Shown here piece by piece: positions 24,874 through 34,611 of a stretch of DNA of 64,000 nucleotides; position 1 is the first letter of the stretch; every line of letters begins with the position of its first letter. The stretch lies in NCBI GenBank assembly GCA_035637095.1, contig DASPXX010000144.1, positions 7,578-71,577 on the forward strand, in the 5' to 3' direction. This stretch comes from Thermoanaerobaculia bacterium (GTDB taxonomy: Bacteria; Acidobacteriota; Thermoanaerobaculia; Multivoradales; UBA5704). Below the pieces are notes generated by a model. The model had not been told where the DNA came from. It did no database searches and saw only the letters and a program-made list of their open reading frames with translations. A program made the position numbers and the translations under genes.

Positions 24874-26613
24874 CTACCCGGCCTTGTCGGACAGCACCGC
24901 CCCGTCCCGCAGCTTCGCGGCGGCGGGGGAGAGCGGCGCGTGGGTGAGGATCTTGTTGATCCGGTCCATGACCTTCACCGAGTCGCCCATGCCCTGGTAG
25001 AGCACCACCTCGGCGTAGAGATTGTCGGCGAGCACGTTCAGGCGGTCCAGCACCTCGGGAGCGTGCGACCCTTCGGGATAGCGGCGCAGGTACTCGGCGC
25101 CGTTGGCCACGTCGTCGTAGCTCTTGGCCATGGTGGTCAGGCGCTCGCCGGCGATCTTCCTGATCTCGGGGTCGCGGTCCTGCTCGGTGAGCTTCTGCAG
25201 GGCCGACAGCTCCTTCAAGTTCGGCGCGAGGAGGCGCAGGCCCGCGCCCGCGCGCTTGCCGTCGGGGCTGTCGGGGGCCGCCTCCCAGGCGGTCATGTAG
25301 CGGCTCACGGCTTCCGTCTGGTTGCCCAGGCGGCTGTAGGCGTCTCCCAGGGCGAGCCCCACCTCGGGAGCCTGGGCCGCGTCCGGATAGTTGCTCAGGA
25401 AGCTCTCCAGGAACGACGTCTCGTAGATCCCGCCCCCCAGGACCTCGACCGCCCGCGGATAGGAGTCCTTGCGCTGCTTCTCGAGATCCGTGATCTCGGT
25501 CTCCAGCGTGGCGACGAGATTGCTCTTCGCGTCCACCTCGCGGACCGCGGAGATCTCGTCCCGGTAGTGCTTGACGAGGGCTCCATAGTCGCGCGACAGG
25601 ACGGGCCGGGACATCTCGGCTTCGCGGAGGCCGTGCAGCTTCTCGAGGCGGAGGTTCTCGGCCACCTTCCCCTGCGGCCAGGTGCCGAGAGCGGCGGTCT
25701 TGAGATAGGCCTTCTCTTTCTCCTTCGGCCGGTTGTGCTCCATCCAGGTCATGAGGACCGCCTGGGTGCGCTGCCGGTATTCGTCAGCGGGCTTGCGCGT
25801 CTGGATCTTCCAGGTCCCCTTGCGCGCCTCGGCCGCCCGGCTGCGCTCCTCGGCGAACGGATGGGTCTGCAGATAGCCGAACTCGCGCAGCTGCGGCGCC
25901 CGCTGGATCATCTTCTCCCAGACCTTCTGGGCTCCCGCGGGATCGTAACCGGCGAGGGCGGACAGGCGCTGCCCTTCGGCGTCCGCCTCGTCCTCGTGCT
26001 CGCGGCTGTAGCTGCGCAGCAGGAGCTCGCCGAGGATCAGGCTCGCCGCCGCGGCGCCCTCGACCCGGCTCGGCCCGTAGCCCACCCGCGGATCGTAGGG
26101 GACTCCGTCCTCGGTCCGGTTGCTGCGGTCGCCGACCATGACGCCGACCACGAGCAGGCTGCCGAGCACGTTGAGCAGCGTCGACTTGCGCTGCATCCGC
26201 TTGTAGTGCTCCAGGACCACGTGGCCGATCTCGTGCCCGAGGACCGCGGCCAGCATGTCGTCGTCGAGGCCGAGGTCGAGCATCCCGCGGGTGATGAAGA
26301 TCTGGCCGCCCGGGAGGGTGAAGGCGTTGGGGACCGGCATGTCCACCAGGTCGAACGTGAACGGGAACCTCTGGTAGTCCGACTGCTGCGCCAGCTCGTA
26401 GCCGATGCGGTTGATCCGCGCCACCTCGGCGGGGTTGTCGTACGCGCCGTAGACGGTGGTCGCCTCCGCGGCCGCCTCGAGGCTCTTGGCGAAGAGATCG
26501 GGATCGGCGATGGCCTGGGCGGCGGCGGGTCGGGGGACGGCGGGAAGGGCCGTCAGCAGGACCAGGAGGACGACCTGGCTCAGGGATACGTGGCGGCGGA
26601 ATCCTTGCTTCAT
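24874..26613 (-). CDS. M48 family zinc metalloprotease with C-terminal TPR-like helical region
   Basis: Probable ATG 26613 with signal peptide; VPNAFTLPGG, GHEIGH, YSREHEDEAD, THP motifs. Confidence 0.88.
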   Translation of the reverse strand: MKQGFRRHVSLSQVVLLVLLTALPAVPRPAAAQAIADPDLFAKSLEAAAEATTVYGAYDNPAEVARINRIGYELAQQSDYQRFPFTFDLVDMPVPNAFTLPGGQIFITRGMLDLGLDDDMLAAVLGHEIGHVVLEHYKRMQRKSTLLNVLGSLLVVGVMVGDRSNRTEDGVPYDPRVGYGPSRVEGAAAASLILGELLLRSYSREHEDEADAEGQRLSALAGYDPAGAQKVWEKMIQRAPQLREFGYLQTHPFAEERSRAAEARKGTWKIQTRKPADEYRQRTQAVLMTWMEHNRPKEKEKAYLKTAALGTWPQGKVAENLRLEKLHGLREAEMSRPVLSRDYGALVKHYRDEISAVREVDAKSNLVATLETEITDLEKQRKDSYPRAVEVLGGGIYETSFLESFLSNYPDAAQAPEVGLALGDAYSRLGNQTEAVSRYMTAWEAAPDSPDGKRAGAGLRLLAPNLKELSALQKLTEQDRDPEIRKIAGERLTTMAKSYDDVANGAEYLRRYPEGSHAPEVLDRLNVLADNLYAEVVLYQGMGDSVKVMDRINKILTHAPLSPAAAKLRDGAVLSDKAG

Positions 26614-26760
26614 CGGGTGTGCCTCAGCGTTCGGACATGGCTTCAGGCGGTGCAACAGGGCCATCCGCGACAAAACTCCCAGGAGTCGCGGCACAGGCCT
26701 GGATTTACAGATCTTACATCCCGCCGGGGCGGGTATGGCTTGTGGTAGGGTTCCGCCGCA

Positions 26761-27039
26761 ATGAGCGCGCTGACGATCGAAGTACCGACCGCCAAGAGCT
26801 CGATGGAGGATCTGCGCCCGGTCCTGGACGCGGCTCTCAAGGAGGAGTTTCCAGGAGGAATGCTCAAGTGGCGCTGGGAAGGGGACGTGATGCACCTCTC
26901 GGGACCGGGAGCCAAGGCGACGATCGTCCTGGAGGAGGGGCAGCTGGTGGGCCGCGCCGAGCTGGGACCGCCGGCCAGCCTGATGCGACCGGTCATCGAG
27001 CAGAAGATTTCACAGGCGCTCCGGAAGGCCGCGGCCTGA
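26761..27039 (+). CDS. Small protein resembling the putative polyhydroxyalkanoate-system (PHA_gran_rgn) family
   Basis: 92 aa; W.WEGDVMHL..G..ATI.....L.G.AEL...IEQKI pattern recalled for this family. Confidence 0.5.
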   Translation: MSALTIEVPTAKSSMEDLRPVLDAALKEEFPGGMLKWRWEGDVMHLSGPGAKATIVLEEGQLVGRAELGPPASLMRPVIEQKISQALRKAAA

Positions 27040-27821
27040 CCTCCCCGCCCGCGGCCCTCTTCCGCCACGCCGCCCGCGATCCCGAAGATCCCTGGCTGTT
27101 CCGCCGGGAGGGCTGGGACTGGCGCTGGCTCTCCTTCCGCCGGGCCGCCGCCACCGCCGCCGGCTGGGCCGCTCCTCTCGCCCGGTTTCCGGCAGGCTCG
27201 AAAGCTTCCTTTTTCTATTGGCCTCACCCCTGGTCTGTCGTGCTCGACCTGGCGGTGCAGGCGGCCGGGTTGGTGGGGGTCCCCCGCCCCCCAGGACAGC
27301 AGGAACAGCAAGGACGGCAAGGCCCACGGGTGGAGGTGGCCGGGGAGACCGTGGTGCTTCCCTCCTGGGAGGAGGCGGAGAGGACCGGGGCTCCCGTGCC
27401 GGACGCGGAGCGCTTCGCCGAGGGGGAGGCCGGGGCGAATCTCCTGGAGCGGCAGATCCCGGCGTTGCCCGGGGGACGGCGCCACATCCTGGTCCTGGGC
27501 GGCTTCGCCGGAGACCGGGCCGAGCGCCTCCTGCTCAGCTGGGCGACGGTGGCGGGAGCGGCCCTCCTCCTGGAACCGGAGCCGGCCCACCTGGTCCCGA
27601 CCGCGGTCTGGGCGCGCCCCACGCTCTTCGCCGGCACGGCGGCCGACCTCGCCCGGCTGCGCGCCGCCGTCGAGGAGGACGAGGCCGGCTTCAAGCTCTT
27701 CAAACGCCGCCGGCGCCTCCCCTTCGGCCGGCTGCGGTCGGTGCTGGGAACCGAAGGCGAGCTGTCAGTTGAAGCGAGAGCGTTCTGGGAAGAGCGCGGG
27801 GTGGGGGTGCGTGGTATATAA
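27036..27821 (+). CDS. Short degenerate AMP-binding (acyl-CoA synthetase-like) protein; start uncertain
   Basis: Resembles ANL N-terminal segments (LFRHAARDPEDPWLFRREGWDWRWLSF..., V..RPTLFAG); no P-loop TSGTTG..K seen; ~260 aa. Confidence 0.5.
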   Translation: MTSPPAALFRHAARDPEDPWLFRREGWDWRWLSFRRAAATAAGWAAPLARFPAGSKASFFYWPHPWSVVLDLAVQAAGLVGVPRPPGQQEQQGRQGPRVEVAGETVVLPSWEEAERTGAPVPDAERFAEGEAGANLLERQIPALPGGRRHILVLGGFAGDRAERLLLSWATVAGAALLLEPEPAHLVPTAVWARPTLFAGTAADLARLRAAVEEDEAGFKLFKRRRRLPFGRLRSVLGTEGELSVEARAFWEERGVGVRGI

Positions 27822-27843
27822 GCCGGGAGAGAGGAGAGAGACC

Positions 27844-29295
27844 ATGGCAGAGAATCTGGAGACCCAGGAGCCGCAGCCGCCGGCGCCGCTTCGTCCCCCC
27901 AACACGGCTTCGGCTCTGGAAGAGGTCGCCGAGCGGGCCGACACGGTGTGGACCCGGGGTGGAGGCCGCCCCGTCTCCGTCAAGACCAGCGAGCGGCGCG
28001 ACCTCAAGGGGCCGCGCGGCCGGGTCGCGATCATCGATGGCTGCCGCACCCCCTTCGTCAAGTCCGGGACCGACTTCCAGAACATGGACGTGGTCGACCT
28101 GGCGAGCGCCGCCGCGGCGGAGCTCCTGGCGCGCACCGGGATCGATCCCGAGGTGATCGACCTCTCGGTCTTCGGCGTGGTGGTGCCGGCTCTCCACGCT
28201 CCCAACCTCGGCCGCGAGGTGGTGTTCCGCACCTCGATGCCGATGCGGATCCCGGGGGTGACGGTCAACCTCGCCTGCGCCTCCTCGACGCGCGCCCTCA
28301 CCTTCGGAGCCGGCGCGATCCTCTCGGGCGAGTGCGAGGTCGTCCTCGCCGGCGGCGCCGAATCGCTGTCCAACGTGCCGATCCAGTTCTCGCGCAAGGC
28401 GGCGCACGTCTTCATGGAGCTCAGCAAGGCGAAGACCCTGCCACAGCGCGCCGGGGCGATCAGCAAGCTCCGTCCGGCGGACCTCGCGCCGGTCGCTCCG
28501 GCGATCGCCGAGTACACCACCGGGATGTCCATGGGAGAGTCGGCGGAGAAGATGGCGAAGGAGAACGACATCTCGCGCCGCGCCCAGGACGAGATCGCCC
28601 TCCTGTCGCACCAGCGCTCCGCCGCGGCCACCGCAGACGGCCGCCTGACCGCGCAGATCGCTCCGGTCTTCCCGCCGCCGCGCTACGACAAGGCGGTGAC
28701 AGAGGACAATGGTGTCCGGGCCGACTCCTCGATGGAAGCTCTGGCCAAGCTCAAGCCCGTGTTCGATCGCCGCTACGGCAGCCTGACCGCCGGCAACTCG
28801 AGCCCGCTGACCGACGGCGGCTCGGCGGTCCTCCTGATGAGCGAGGAGCGGGCGAAGTCGCTCGGCTACGAGCCGCTGGGCTATCTCCGTTCCTATTCGT
28901 TCACCGCGCTCAATCCGGGAGACCAGCTGCTGCAGGGTCCGGCCTACGCCGCGCCGGCCGCCCTCGACGCCGCCGGCCTCGAGCTGCCGGACATCGATCT
29001 GGTGGAGATGCACGAGGCCTTCGCCTCGCAGATCCTGTCCAACCTGAAGGCCTTCGCCTCGGCGAAGTTCGCGCGCGAGGAGCTGGGCCGGAGCGAGCCG
29101 CTGGGCGTCGTCGACTTCGACCGGTTCAACGTCACCGGCGGCTCGATCGCCATCGGCCATCCGTTCGGCGCCACCGGCGCCCGCGTGGTCACGCAGCTCC
29201 TCTACGAGCTGCGCCGCCGCGGCCAGAACCTGGGCCTGGCCACCATCTGCGCGGCCGGCGGCGTCGGCTTCGCGATGGTCGTCGAGCGGGAGTGA
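27844..29295 (+). CDS. fadI: Acetyl-CoA C-acyltransferase (thiolase), FadI-type
   Basis: CRTPFVK, NLACASS, GNSSPLTDG, MHEAFASQ, GHPFGATG, ICAAGG. Confidence 0.88.
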   Translation: MAENLETQEPQPPAPLRPPNTASALEEVAERADTVWTRGGGRPVSVKTSERRDLKGPRGRVAIIDGCRTPFVKSGTDFQNMDVVDLASAAAAELLARTGIDPEVIDLSVFGVVVPALHAPNLGREVVFRTSMPMRIPGVTVNLACASSTRALTFGAGAILSGECEVVLAGGAESLSNVPIQFSRKAAHVFMELSKAKTLPQRAGAISKLRPADLAPVAPAIAEYTTGMSMGESAEKMAKENDISRRAQDEIALLSHQRSAAATADGRLTAQIAPVFPPPRYDKAVTEDNGVRADSSMEALAKLKPVFDRRYGSLTAGNSSPLTDGGSAVLLMSEERAKSLGYEPLGYLRSYSFTALNPGDQLLQGPAYAAPAALDAAGLELPDIDLVEMHEAFASQILSNLKAFASAKFAREELGRSEPLGVVDFDRFNVTGGSIAIGHPFGATGARVVTQLLYELRRRGQNLGLATICAAGGVGFAMVVERE

Positions 29296-30467
29296 GCGCC
29301 TCCCCTCTGGCGGGGACTCTGGTCGTCGATCTCTCCCGCCTTCTCCCGGGGCCGCTGACGACGCGCCTCCTCGCCGACCTGGGGGCGCGGGTGATCAAGG
29401 TCGAGGAGCCGGAGGTCGGCGATCCGGTGCGGCTGGCTCCGCCGCTGCGCGACGGCACCGGAGCCCTGGCCGCCATCCTCCTCGCCGGGGTCGAGAGCGT
29501 GGCCCTCGACCTCAAGGAAACGTCGGGGCGCACGGTCCTGGAGGCGCTGCTCGACCGGGCGGACGTGCTGGTCGAGAGCTTCCGCCCGGGGACCCTGGCG
29601 CGCCTGGGGTTTCCGCCGGAGCGGCTGCGCGAGCGCTGGCCGCGGCTGGTCGTCTGCTCGATCTCCGGATGGGGCGCCGACGGCCCGTACGCCGCCCGGG
29701 CCGGTCATGACCTCACCTACCAGGCGCTCGCCGGGACCCTCGCCTCCACAGCTGCCATGCCCGCCGCGCCCGTGGCCGACCTGACCGGCGCCTGGAGCGC
29801 GGTGTCGGCCGTGCTCGCCGCTCTCCTCGAACGGGAGAGGACGGGACGCGGGAGCCATGTGGATGCCGCGCTATTCGACGCCGGGGTCCACGCCAACCTG
29901 ACGGCCTGGGCCGCCGAGGCGGGAGGCAAGCGGAAAAAGGTCGGCGAGAGACTGCCGCTGACCGGAGCGCTCCCCTGCTACGACCTCTACACGACGGCCG
30001 AGGGGGACGTCCTGGCGCTGGCCGCGCTGGAGACCCACTTCTGGCGCCGCTTCTGCGAGGCGGCTGGACGCAAGGACCTGATCTCCAAGCAGTACAGCCC
30101 GTCGCGCCGCGTCCACCGCAAGGTCGCGGCCCTGATCCGCGGCCGGACGCGGGCCGAATGGCTGGAGCTGCTGGCGCGGGAGGACATCCCGGCCGCGATG
30201 ATCCTCTCCGCCGCCGAAGCGCGCGAGCACCCGCAGATGAAGGCGCGGGGCGTCCTGTCCGAGGGTCCCGACGCCCTGCCGCGCCTCGCCTTCCCGGCCC
30301 GGCTCGACGGCGAGCGCCCTCGCGCCGCGCCCCGGGTCCCCGGCCACGGCGAGCACACCCGCGCCATCCTGGAGGAGCTCGGCCTCCACGGTTACGAGGT
30401 GGCCTACGGCGTCGGCCGGCGCTTCAGCTGGAAACGGCTGCTGGCGCGGTGGCGGCCCCGGGGGTGA
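29292..30467 (+). CDS. CaiB/BaiF family III CoA-transferase
   Basis: GTGA overlap; VVDLSRLLPGP, LADLGARVIKVE, ESFRPG, AGHDLTY. Confidence 0.9.
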   Translation: MSASPLAGTLVVDLSRLLPGPLTTRLLADLGARVIKVEEPEVGDPVRLAPPLRDGTGALAAILLAGVESVALDLKETSGRTVLEALLDRADVLVESFRPGTLARLGFPPERLRERWPRLVVCSISGWGADGPYAARAGHDLTYQALAGTLASTAAMPAAPVADLTGAWSAVSAVLAALLERERTGRGSHVDAALFDAGVHANLTAWAAEAGGKRKKVGERLPLTGALPCYDLYTTAEGDVLALAALETHFWRRFCEAAGRKDLISKQYSPSRRVHRKVAALIRGRTRAEWLELLAREDIPAAMILSAAEAREHPQMKARGVLSEGPDALPRLAFPARLDGERPRAAPRVPGHGEHTRAILEELGLHGYEVAYGVGRRFSWKRLLARWRPRG

Positions 30468-31617
30468 GCGCCACCGGCACCGGCGGCAGCCGCAACATCA
30501 CCATCAGGGTCAAGTCGTCGCGCAGGGGCTCGTCGCGGGTGTGGCGGTCGAACGAGGCGAGGATCTGGTCGTGGACCGCCCAGGGAGCGCCTCCTTCCCC
30601 CAGGATCTGGGCGATCCGGTCGTAGCCGAAGGCGCGGCCGGCGGTGTCGATGGCCTCGGCGAGACCGTCCGTATAGAAGGCCAGGAGATCGCCCGGCTGC
30701 AGATCGACCGTCCGCGCTTCCAGGGGGAGGCTCTCGCGCATCCCCAAGGGCAGGCCGCCAGATCCCAGCTCCTCGATCCGGCCGTCCTCTCTCCGAATGA
30801 ATGGGAAGGGATGGCCGGCGCTGACGTACTCCAGGACGCCGGTCCGCGGATCGAGCACCGCGTAGAAGATGCTCATGAAGGTGCGCTTGGTGCCGATCCG
30901 CCAGATCGCGCGGTTGAGCAGCGCGGCGACCCGCTCGGGTGCCGGATCGAGGTCGAGAGCGGTCTTGAGGGTCGTATTGGCGATCGCCATGACCAGCCCG
31001 GCCGCCATGCCGTGCCCCGAGGCATCCCCCACGATCAGACCGACCCTGCCGTCCGCCAGGATCATCAGGTCGTAATAGTCGCCGCCGACCTCGTTGGCGG
31101 TGCGGTAGGAGTGGGCGAACGACCAGCCGGGGACGACCGGCATGTCCTGCGGCAGCAGGGCGGCCTGGAGCTCGCGGGCCACCTCGAGCTCGTCGCGCAC
31201 GCGGATCCTGTCGACCAGCTCGAGGGCGAGCAGGTAGACCAGAGCGAGGAAGCTCAGGGTGAACCAGAACGGCGAGAAGTCGATGAGGATGCGGACCTTC
31301 TGGTTGTCGAATGCGACCTCCAGGTCGCCGGTGAAGCCGAGGAGCAGGAAGAGGAGCGCCAGGGCGAACACCAGGCGGCGCGCCGGGCTGAGCTTGTAGG
31401 AGAGGCCGAGAAAGGCGAGCCGGGCACGGTGGAGCACCCGCCTGAGCCTGCGCTTCGGCTCGGGCTCCTGGGCATGGTCGCGGGTGAGCACCGCGTAGGC
31501 GTTGGCCGCATCGCGCTGGAACAGCCGCTGCAGGTCGCGGCTGTTCATCCCCGCCGTGTAGTTGCGGATGAACTCCCGGATGCGGGCGAAGGAGCCTTGT
31601 CTGCGGGCGCGGGCCAT
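30424..31617 (-). CDS. Membrane-anchored PP2C/SpoIIE (RsbU-like) phosphatase
   Basis: Two TM helices; EVGGDYYD, VGDASGHG, FYTDGLAE and DDLTL motifs; start uncertain. Confidence 0.9.
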   Translation of the reverse strand: MARARRQGSFARIREFIRNYTAGMNSRDLQRLFQRDAANAYAVLTRDHAQEPEPKRRLRRVLHRARLAFLGLSYKLSPARRLVFALALLFLLLGFTGDLEVAFDNQKVRILIDFSPFWFTLSFLALVYLLALELVDRIRVRDELEVARELQAALLPQDMPVVPGWSFAHSYRTANEVGGDYYDLMILADGRVGLIVGDASGHGMAAGLVMAIANTTLKTALDLDPAPERVAALLNRAIWRIGTKRTFMSIFYAVLDPRTGVLEYVSAGHPFPFIRREDGRIEELGSGGLPLGMRESLPLEARTVDLQPGDLLAFYTDGLAEAIDTAGRAFGYDRIAQILGEGGAPWAVHDQILASFDRHTRDEPLRDDLTLMVMLRLPPVPVALTPGAATAPAAVSS

Positions 31618-31790
31618 TCCAATCACTGAATACGCAAGCGCGGCGAGGGAGTTTCCGGGGGCCTTTCTTGAAACGCCTCCTGGCATTGGCTACACTCCCG
31701 TGTGGATCGAGCGGCGAAGAGGTGTCCGGAAGCTGAGCGAGGCTCTCGCTCGCGGGGACCCGCTCGGCGGACAAACCGTGGGAGAGCGTC

Positions 31791-32150
31791 TTGCAGCCAA
31801 GAAAAGTGCTCGTCGCCGACGACTCGAAGCTGATGCACAAGATGTATGAGGTCATGCTCCGCCAGTACCCGCTGGTGTATGCCCTGGACGGCCGGCAGGC
31901 TCTCGACCGCCTCGAGGAGCATAGGGACATCGACCTCGTCCTGCTCGACATCAACATGCCCAACATGAACGGGCTGGAGTTCCTGGAGCAGATCCGGTCG
32001 AGCGAAGAGCACAAGGACCTGCGGGTAATCATCATCAGCACCGAGGGGCGGGACGAGGACACCCAACGCGGCCTGGAGGCGGGAGCGACCGCCTACATCA
32101 AGAAGCCGTTCCACAGCGAGGAAATCCTCGAGAAGATCGCTCAGCTGTAA
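31791..32150 (+). CDS. Single-domain response regulator (REC)
   Basis: VLVADDS, LLDINMPNMNG, IST, YIKKP. Confidence 0.92.
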   Translation: MQPRKVLVADDSKLMHKMYEVMLRQYPLVYALDGRQALDRLEEHRDIDLVLLDINMPNMNGLEFLEQIRSSEEHKDLRVIIISTEGRDEDTQRGLEAGATAYIKKPFHSEEILEKIAQL

Positions 32151-32162
32151 AGGACCCACGAT

Positions 32163-32942
32163 TTGAACGAACGGAGCACCACGGAGGCCGATCCGCGGAC
32201 CAAGCCCGCCATGCCGGGCCTGGAGCTGGTGGCGGAGCTGCGCTCGACCCTGGAGCGCGTCGGCGAGCTGGCGCGCGTCGTCGAGGTGAGCCTGCGCGAG
32301 ACCTCCGAGCGCGCCGTGGCGGCCTCGGCGGACGAGCGGGTCCAGGAGCTGGAGCGGCGTCTGTCTACCGCCGAGTCCGACGTCAAGGAGCTGGCCTCCC
32401 GCCTGGTCGACTCGGAGCACCAGGGCGGCCGGCTGATGAACCTCTACGTGGCCACCTACCAGCTCCACGCCACCCTCGATCCCGCCGAGGTGCAGGCGAC
32501 CATCGCCGAGATCGCCATCAACCTGCTCGGCGCCGAGCAGTTCGTCCTGCTGCTGCGCAAGGACGACGGCCCCGGCTACGAGATCGCCCTCCTCGAAGGG
32601 ATGTACGACGGTCCTGTCCCGCCCTACGATGGAGAGTCCTATCTGGAGGGCGATCCGATGGTGGATGCGACGCTCCGGGACGGTGTGCTGCGCCTGGGAC
32701 CGTCGGCGGAGTCGCAGGCGCTGGCCGCCGTGCCCCTGCGCGTCCAGAACGACATCGTGGGCGCCCTGGTCCTGATCAAGCTGCTCGACCACAAACCGAT
32801 CCTGCGGGCCGAGGACCGCGACCTTCTCGACCTGCTGTCGGCGCACGCCGCCTCCGCGATGTTCGCCGCCCGGCTTTTCGCCACGAAAGACCGCAAGCTC
32901 CGCACCCTGGAGAGCCTGGTCAAGCTGGCGCGGGGCGAGTAA
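32163..32942 (+). CDS. Coiled-coil + GAF domain protein
   Basis: N-terminal heptad helix; LHATLDPAEV...LAAVPLRVQNDIVGALVL...EDRDLLDLLSAHAASA GAF pattern. Confidence 0.8.
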   Translation: MNERSTTEADPRTKPAMPGLELVAELRSTLERVGELARVVEVSLRETSERAVAASADERVQELERRLSTAESDVKELASRLVDSEHQGGRLMNLYVATYQLHATLDPAEVQATIAEIAINLLGAEQFVLLLRKDDGPGYEIALLEGMYDGPVPPYDGESYLEGDPMVDATLRDGVLRLGPSAESQALAAVPLRVQNDIVGALVLIKLLDHKPILRAEDRDLLDLLSAHAASAMFAARLFATKDRKLRTLESLVKLARGE

Positions 32943-32963
32943 TACCGCCCACAAGGTCCAGCG

Positions 32964-34520
32964 ATGGGAATCTCCGGCAGCCTCAAAGACGTCTCCGTCG
33001 CCGATGTGATGCAGTTCATCCATCTCGGCCGCCGGACGGGCACGCTGCTCCTCAACCGCGGTGTGCAGAGGGCGATGATCGGCTTCCACCTGGGCCGCCT
33101 GGTGAGCGCCCAGGCGCCGCAGACCCCCAAGCTGGGCGACCTCCTGGTCTCCTCCGGGATGATCGACCGGGGCATCCTGGCGCGGGCGATCCAGAGCCAG
33201 CGCGACGCCCTCGAGCACCGCTCCCTCGGACAGATCCTGATCTCCTCGGGCTCGATCGATCCCGAAGGGCTCCGCCAGGTCATCGCGCAGCAGATCGAGC
33301 AGGCGGTCTCCGAGGTGATGGTCTGGGACAACGGCACCTTCGAGTTCGCCATCGACGACCTGCGGCCGATCGACGACATCGCCCTCTATCCGAGCGACGT
33401 CCTGCCCGACGCCGACATCAACACGCAGATGGTGTTGCTGGAGGCGGCGCGCATCTTCGACGAGCGCAACCGCGACCGCGCCGAAGGGCGCAGCGGGGAG
33501 GTGGACGGAGACGCGACGAATCCCACGATGGTGCTGAACGCGGCCTCCTCGCGCTCCGCCATGGCGCTCCCCGGAGCGCCCGAGGACGAGGCCGGCGATG
33601 GGCCGAAGCACGCCGCCGAGCTGCTCAAGCTGCACGTCGTGTCGAGCGACCAGGAGCTCGTCCAGAAGCTCGCCGAGGCGCTGCAGCACGAGATCGCGGC
33701 GGTGGAGATCCGGGGGCTCGGCCAGGCGGGCCTGCCGGAGCTCGGCGAGCCCCATCCGATCGTGCTGGTGGACTTGCGGCAGGGCCAGGTGAGCGTCGAG
33801 GAGACGGCGGCGCTCCACCGCTCCCGTCCCCGCGCGTCGGTCATCGCGCTGGTCGATCCCGGCGCCTCGTTCGTGAAGGCCTACGAGGCCGGTGTGCTCG
33901 CCGCGCTCCCGGGCGAGGTCGAGACCGTGGTGGCCTGCGTGGAGAACATCATCGAGAGCCGGCGCGACCTCGTCCGCGGCGTGCCGCGCGAGGAGCCGTC
34001 GCGCTCCGGTGTGGAGCGCCTGCGCCGCGTCTATGGCGACCTGCGCTCCGGGTTGATCTCGGCCACCGTGGCGCTCAATCTCATGCACATCATCTCGGAG
34101 TCGGTGGAGCGCGCGGTGCTCTTCCTGGTCAAGCGCGACCACCTGGTGGCGCTCGGCGCCTTCGGCACCGACACCAAGGGGCGCCCGCTGGCCGAATCGA
34201 CCCGCACGCTGCGCCTCGACCTGGTGGAGACCGAGGGCGCCCTGATGCACAGCCTGGAATCCGGCGAAGTGCAATCCACGGCGTTCGAGGAAGCCGGGCT
34301 CCCCGAGGTCCTGCGCAATGTCCTGGGCCGTCCCCGCACCGGCCAGATCGTGGTCTTCCCGGTCCTCGGCGCCCAGCGGGTCATCTCCGTCATCTACACC
34401 GACAACGGCGACCGCGACCAGCCGATCGAGGACATCGACATCCTCGAGCTGGCGACCGCCCAGGTGGGCATGGCCTTCGAGAACGAGCTGCTGCGCCGCC
34501 AGATCTCGCAGATCCGCTGA
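32964..34520 (+). CDS. DUF4388 (PatA-N) + MshEN-like + pseudo-receiver + GAF signalling protein
   Basis: GSLKDVSVADVMQFIHLGRRTGTL...W..GTFEF; KLGDLLVSSGMI...RSLGQILISSGSI; C-terminal VFPVLGAQRVISVIYTDN. Confidence 0.8.
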   Translation: MGISGSLKDVSVADVMQFIHLGRRTGTLLLNRGVQRAMIGFHLGRLVSAQAPQTPKLGDLLVSSGMIDRGILARAIQSQRDALEHRSLGQILISSGSIDPEGLRQVIAQQIEQAVSEVMVWDNGTFEFAIDDLRPIDDIALYPSDVLPDADINTQMVLLEAARIFDERNRDRAEGRSGEVDGDATNPTMVLNAASSRSAMALPGAPEDEAGDGPKHAAELLKLHVVSSDQELVQKLAEALQHEIAAVEIRGLGQAGLPELGEPHPIVLVDLRQGQVSVEETAALHRSRPRASVIALVDPGASFVKAYEAGVLAALPGEVETVVACVENIIESRRDLVRGVPREEPSRSGVERLRRVYGDLRSGLISATVALNLMHIISESVERAVLFLVKRDHLVALGAFGTDTKGRPLAESTRTLRLDLVETEGALMHSLESGEVQSTAFEEAGLPEVLRNVLGRPRTGQIVVFPVLGAQRVISVIYTDNGDRDQPIEDIDILELATAQVGMAFENELLRRQISQIR

Positions 34521-34611
34521 CCTCCCGCCTCTGCTGGGCTCGCCAACCGGAGAGGGGCAACCCCGCCGAATGGAGAGGGCGCGGCGGGCCGCGAGGTAGG
34601 ATAGTGGGGCC

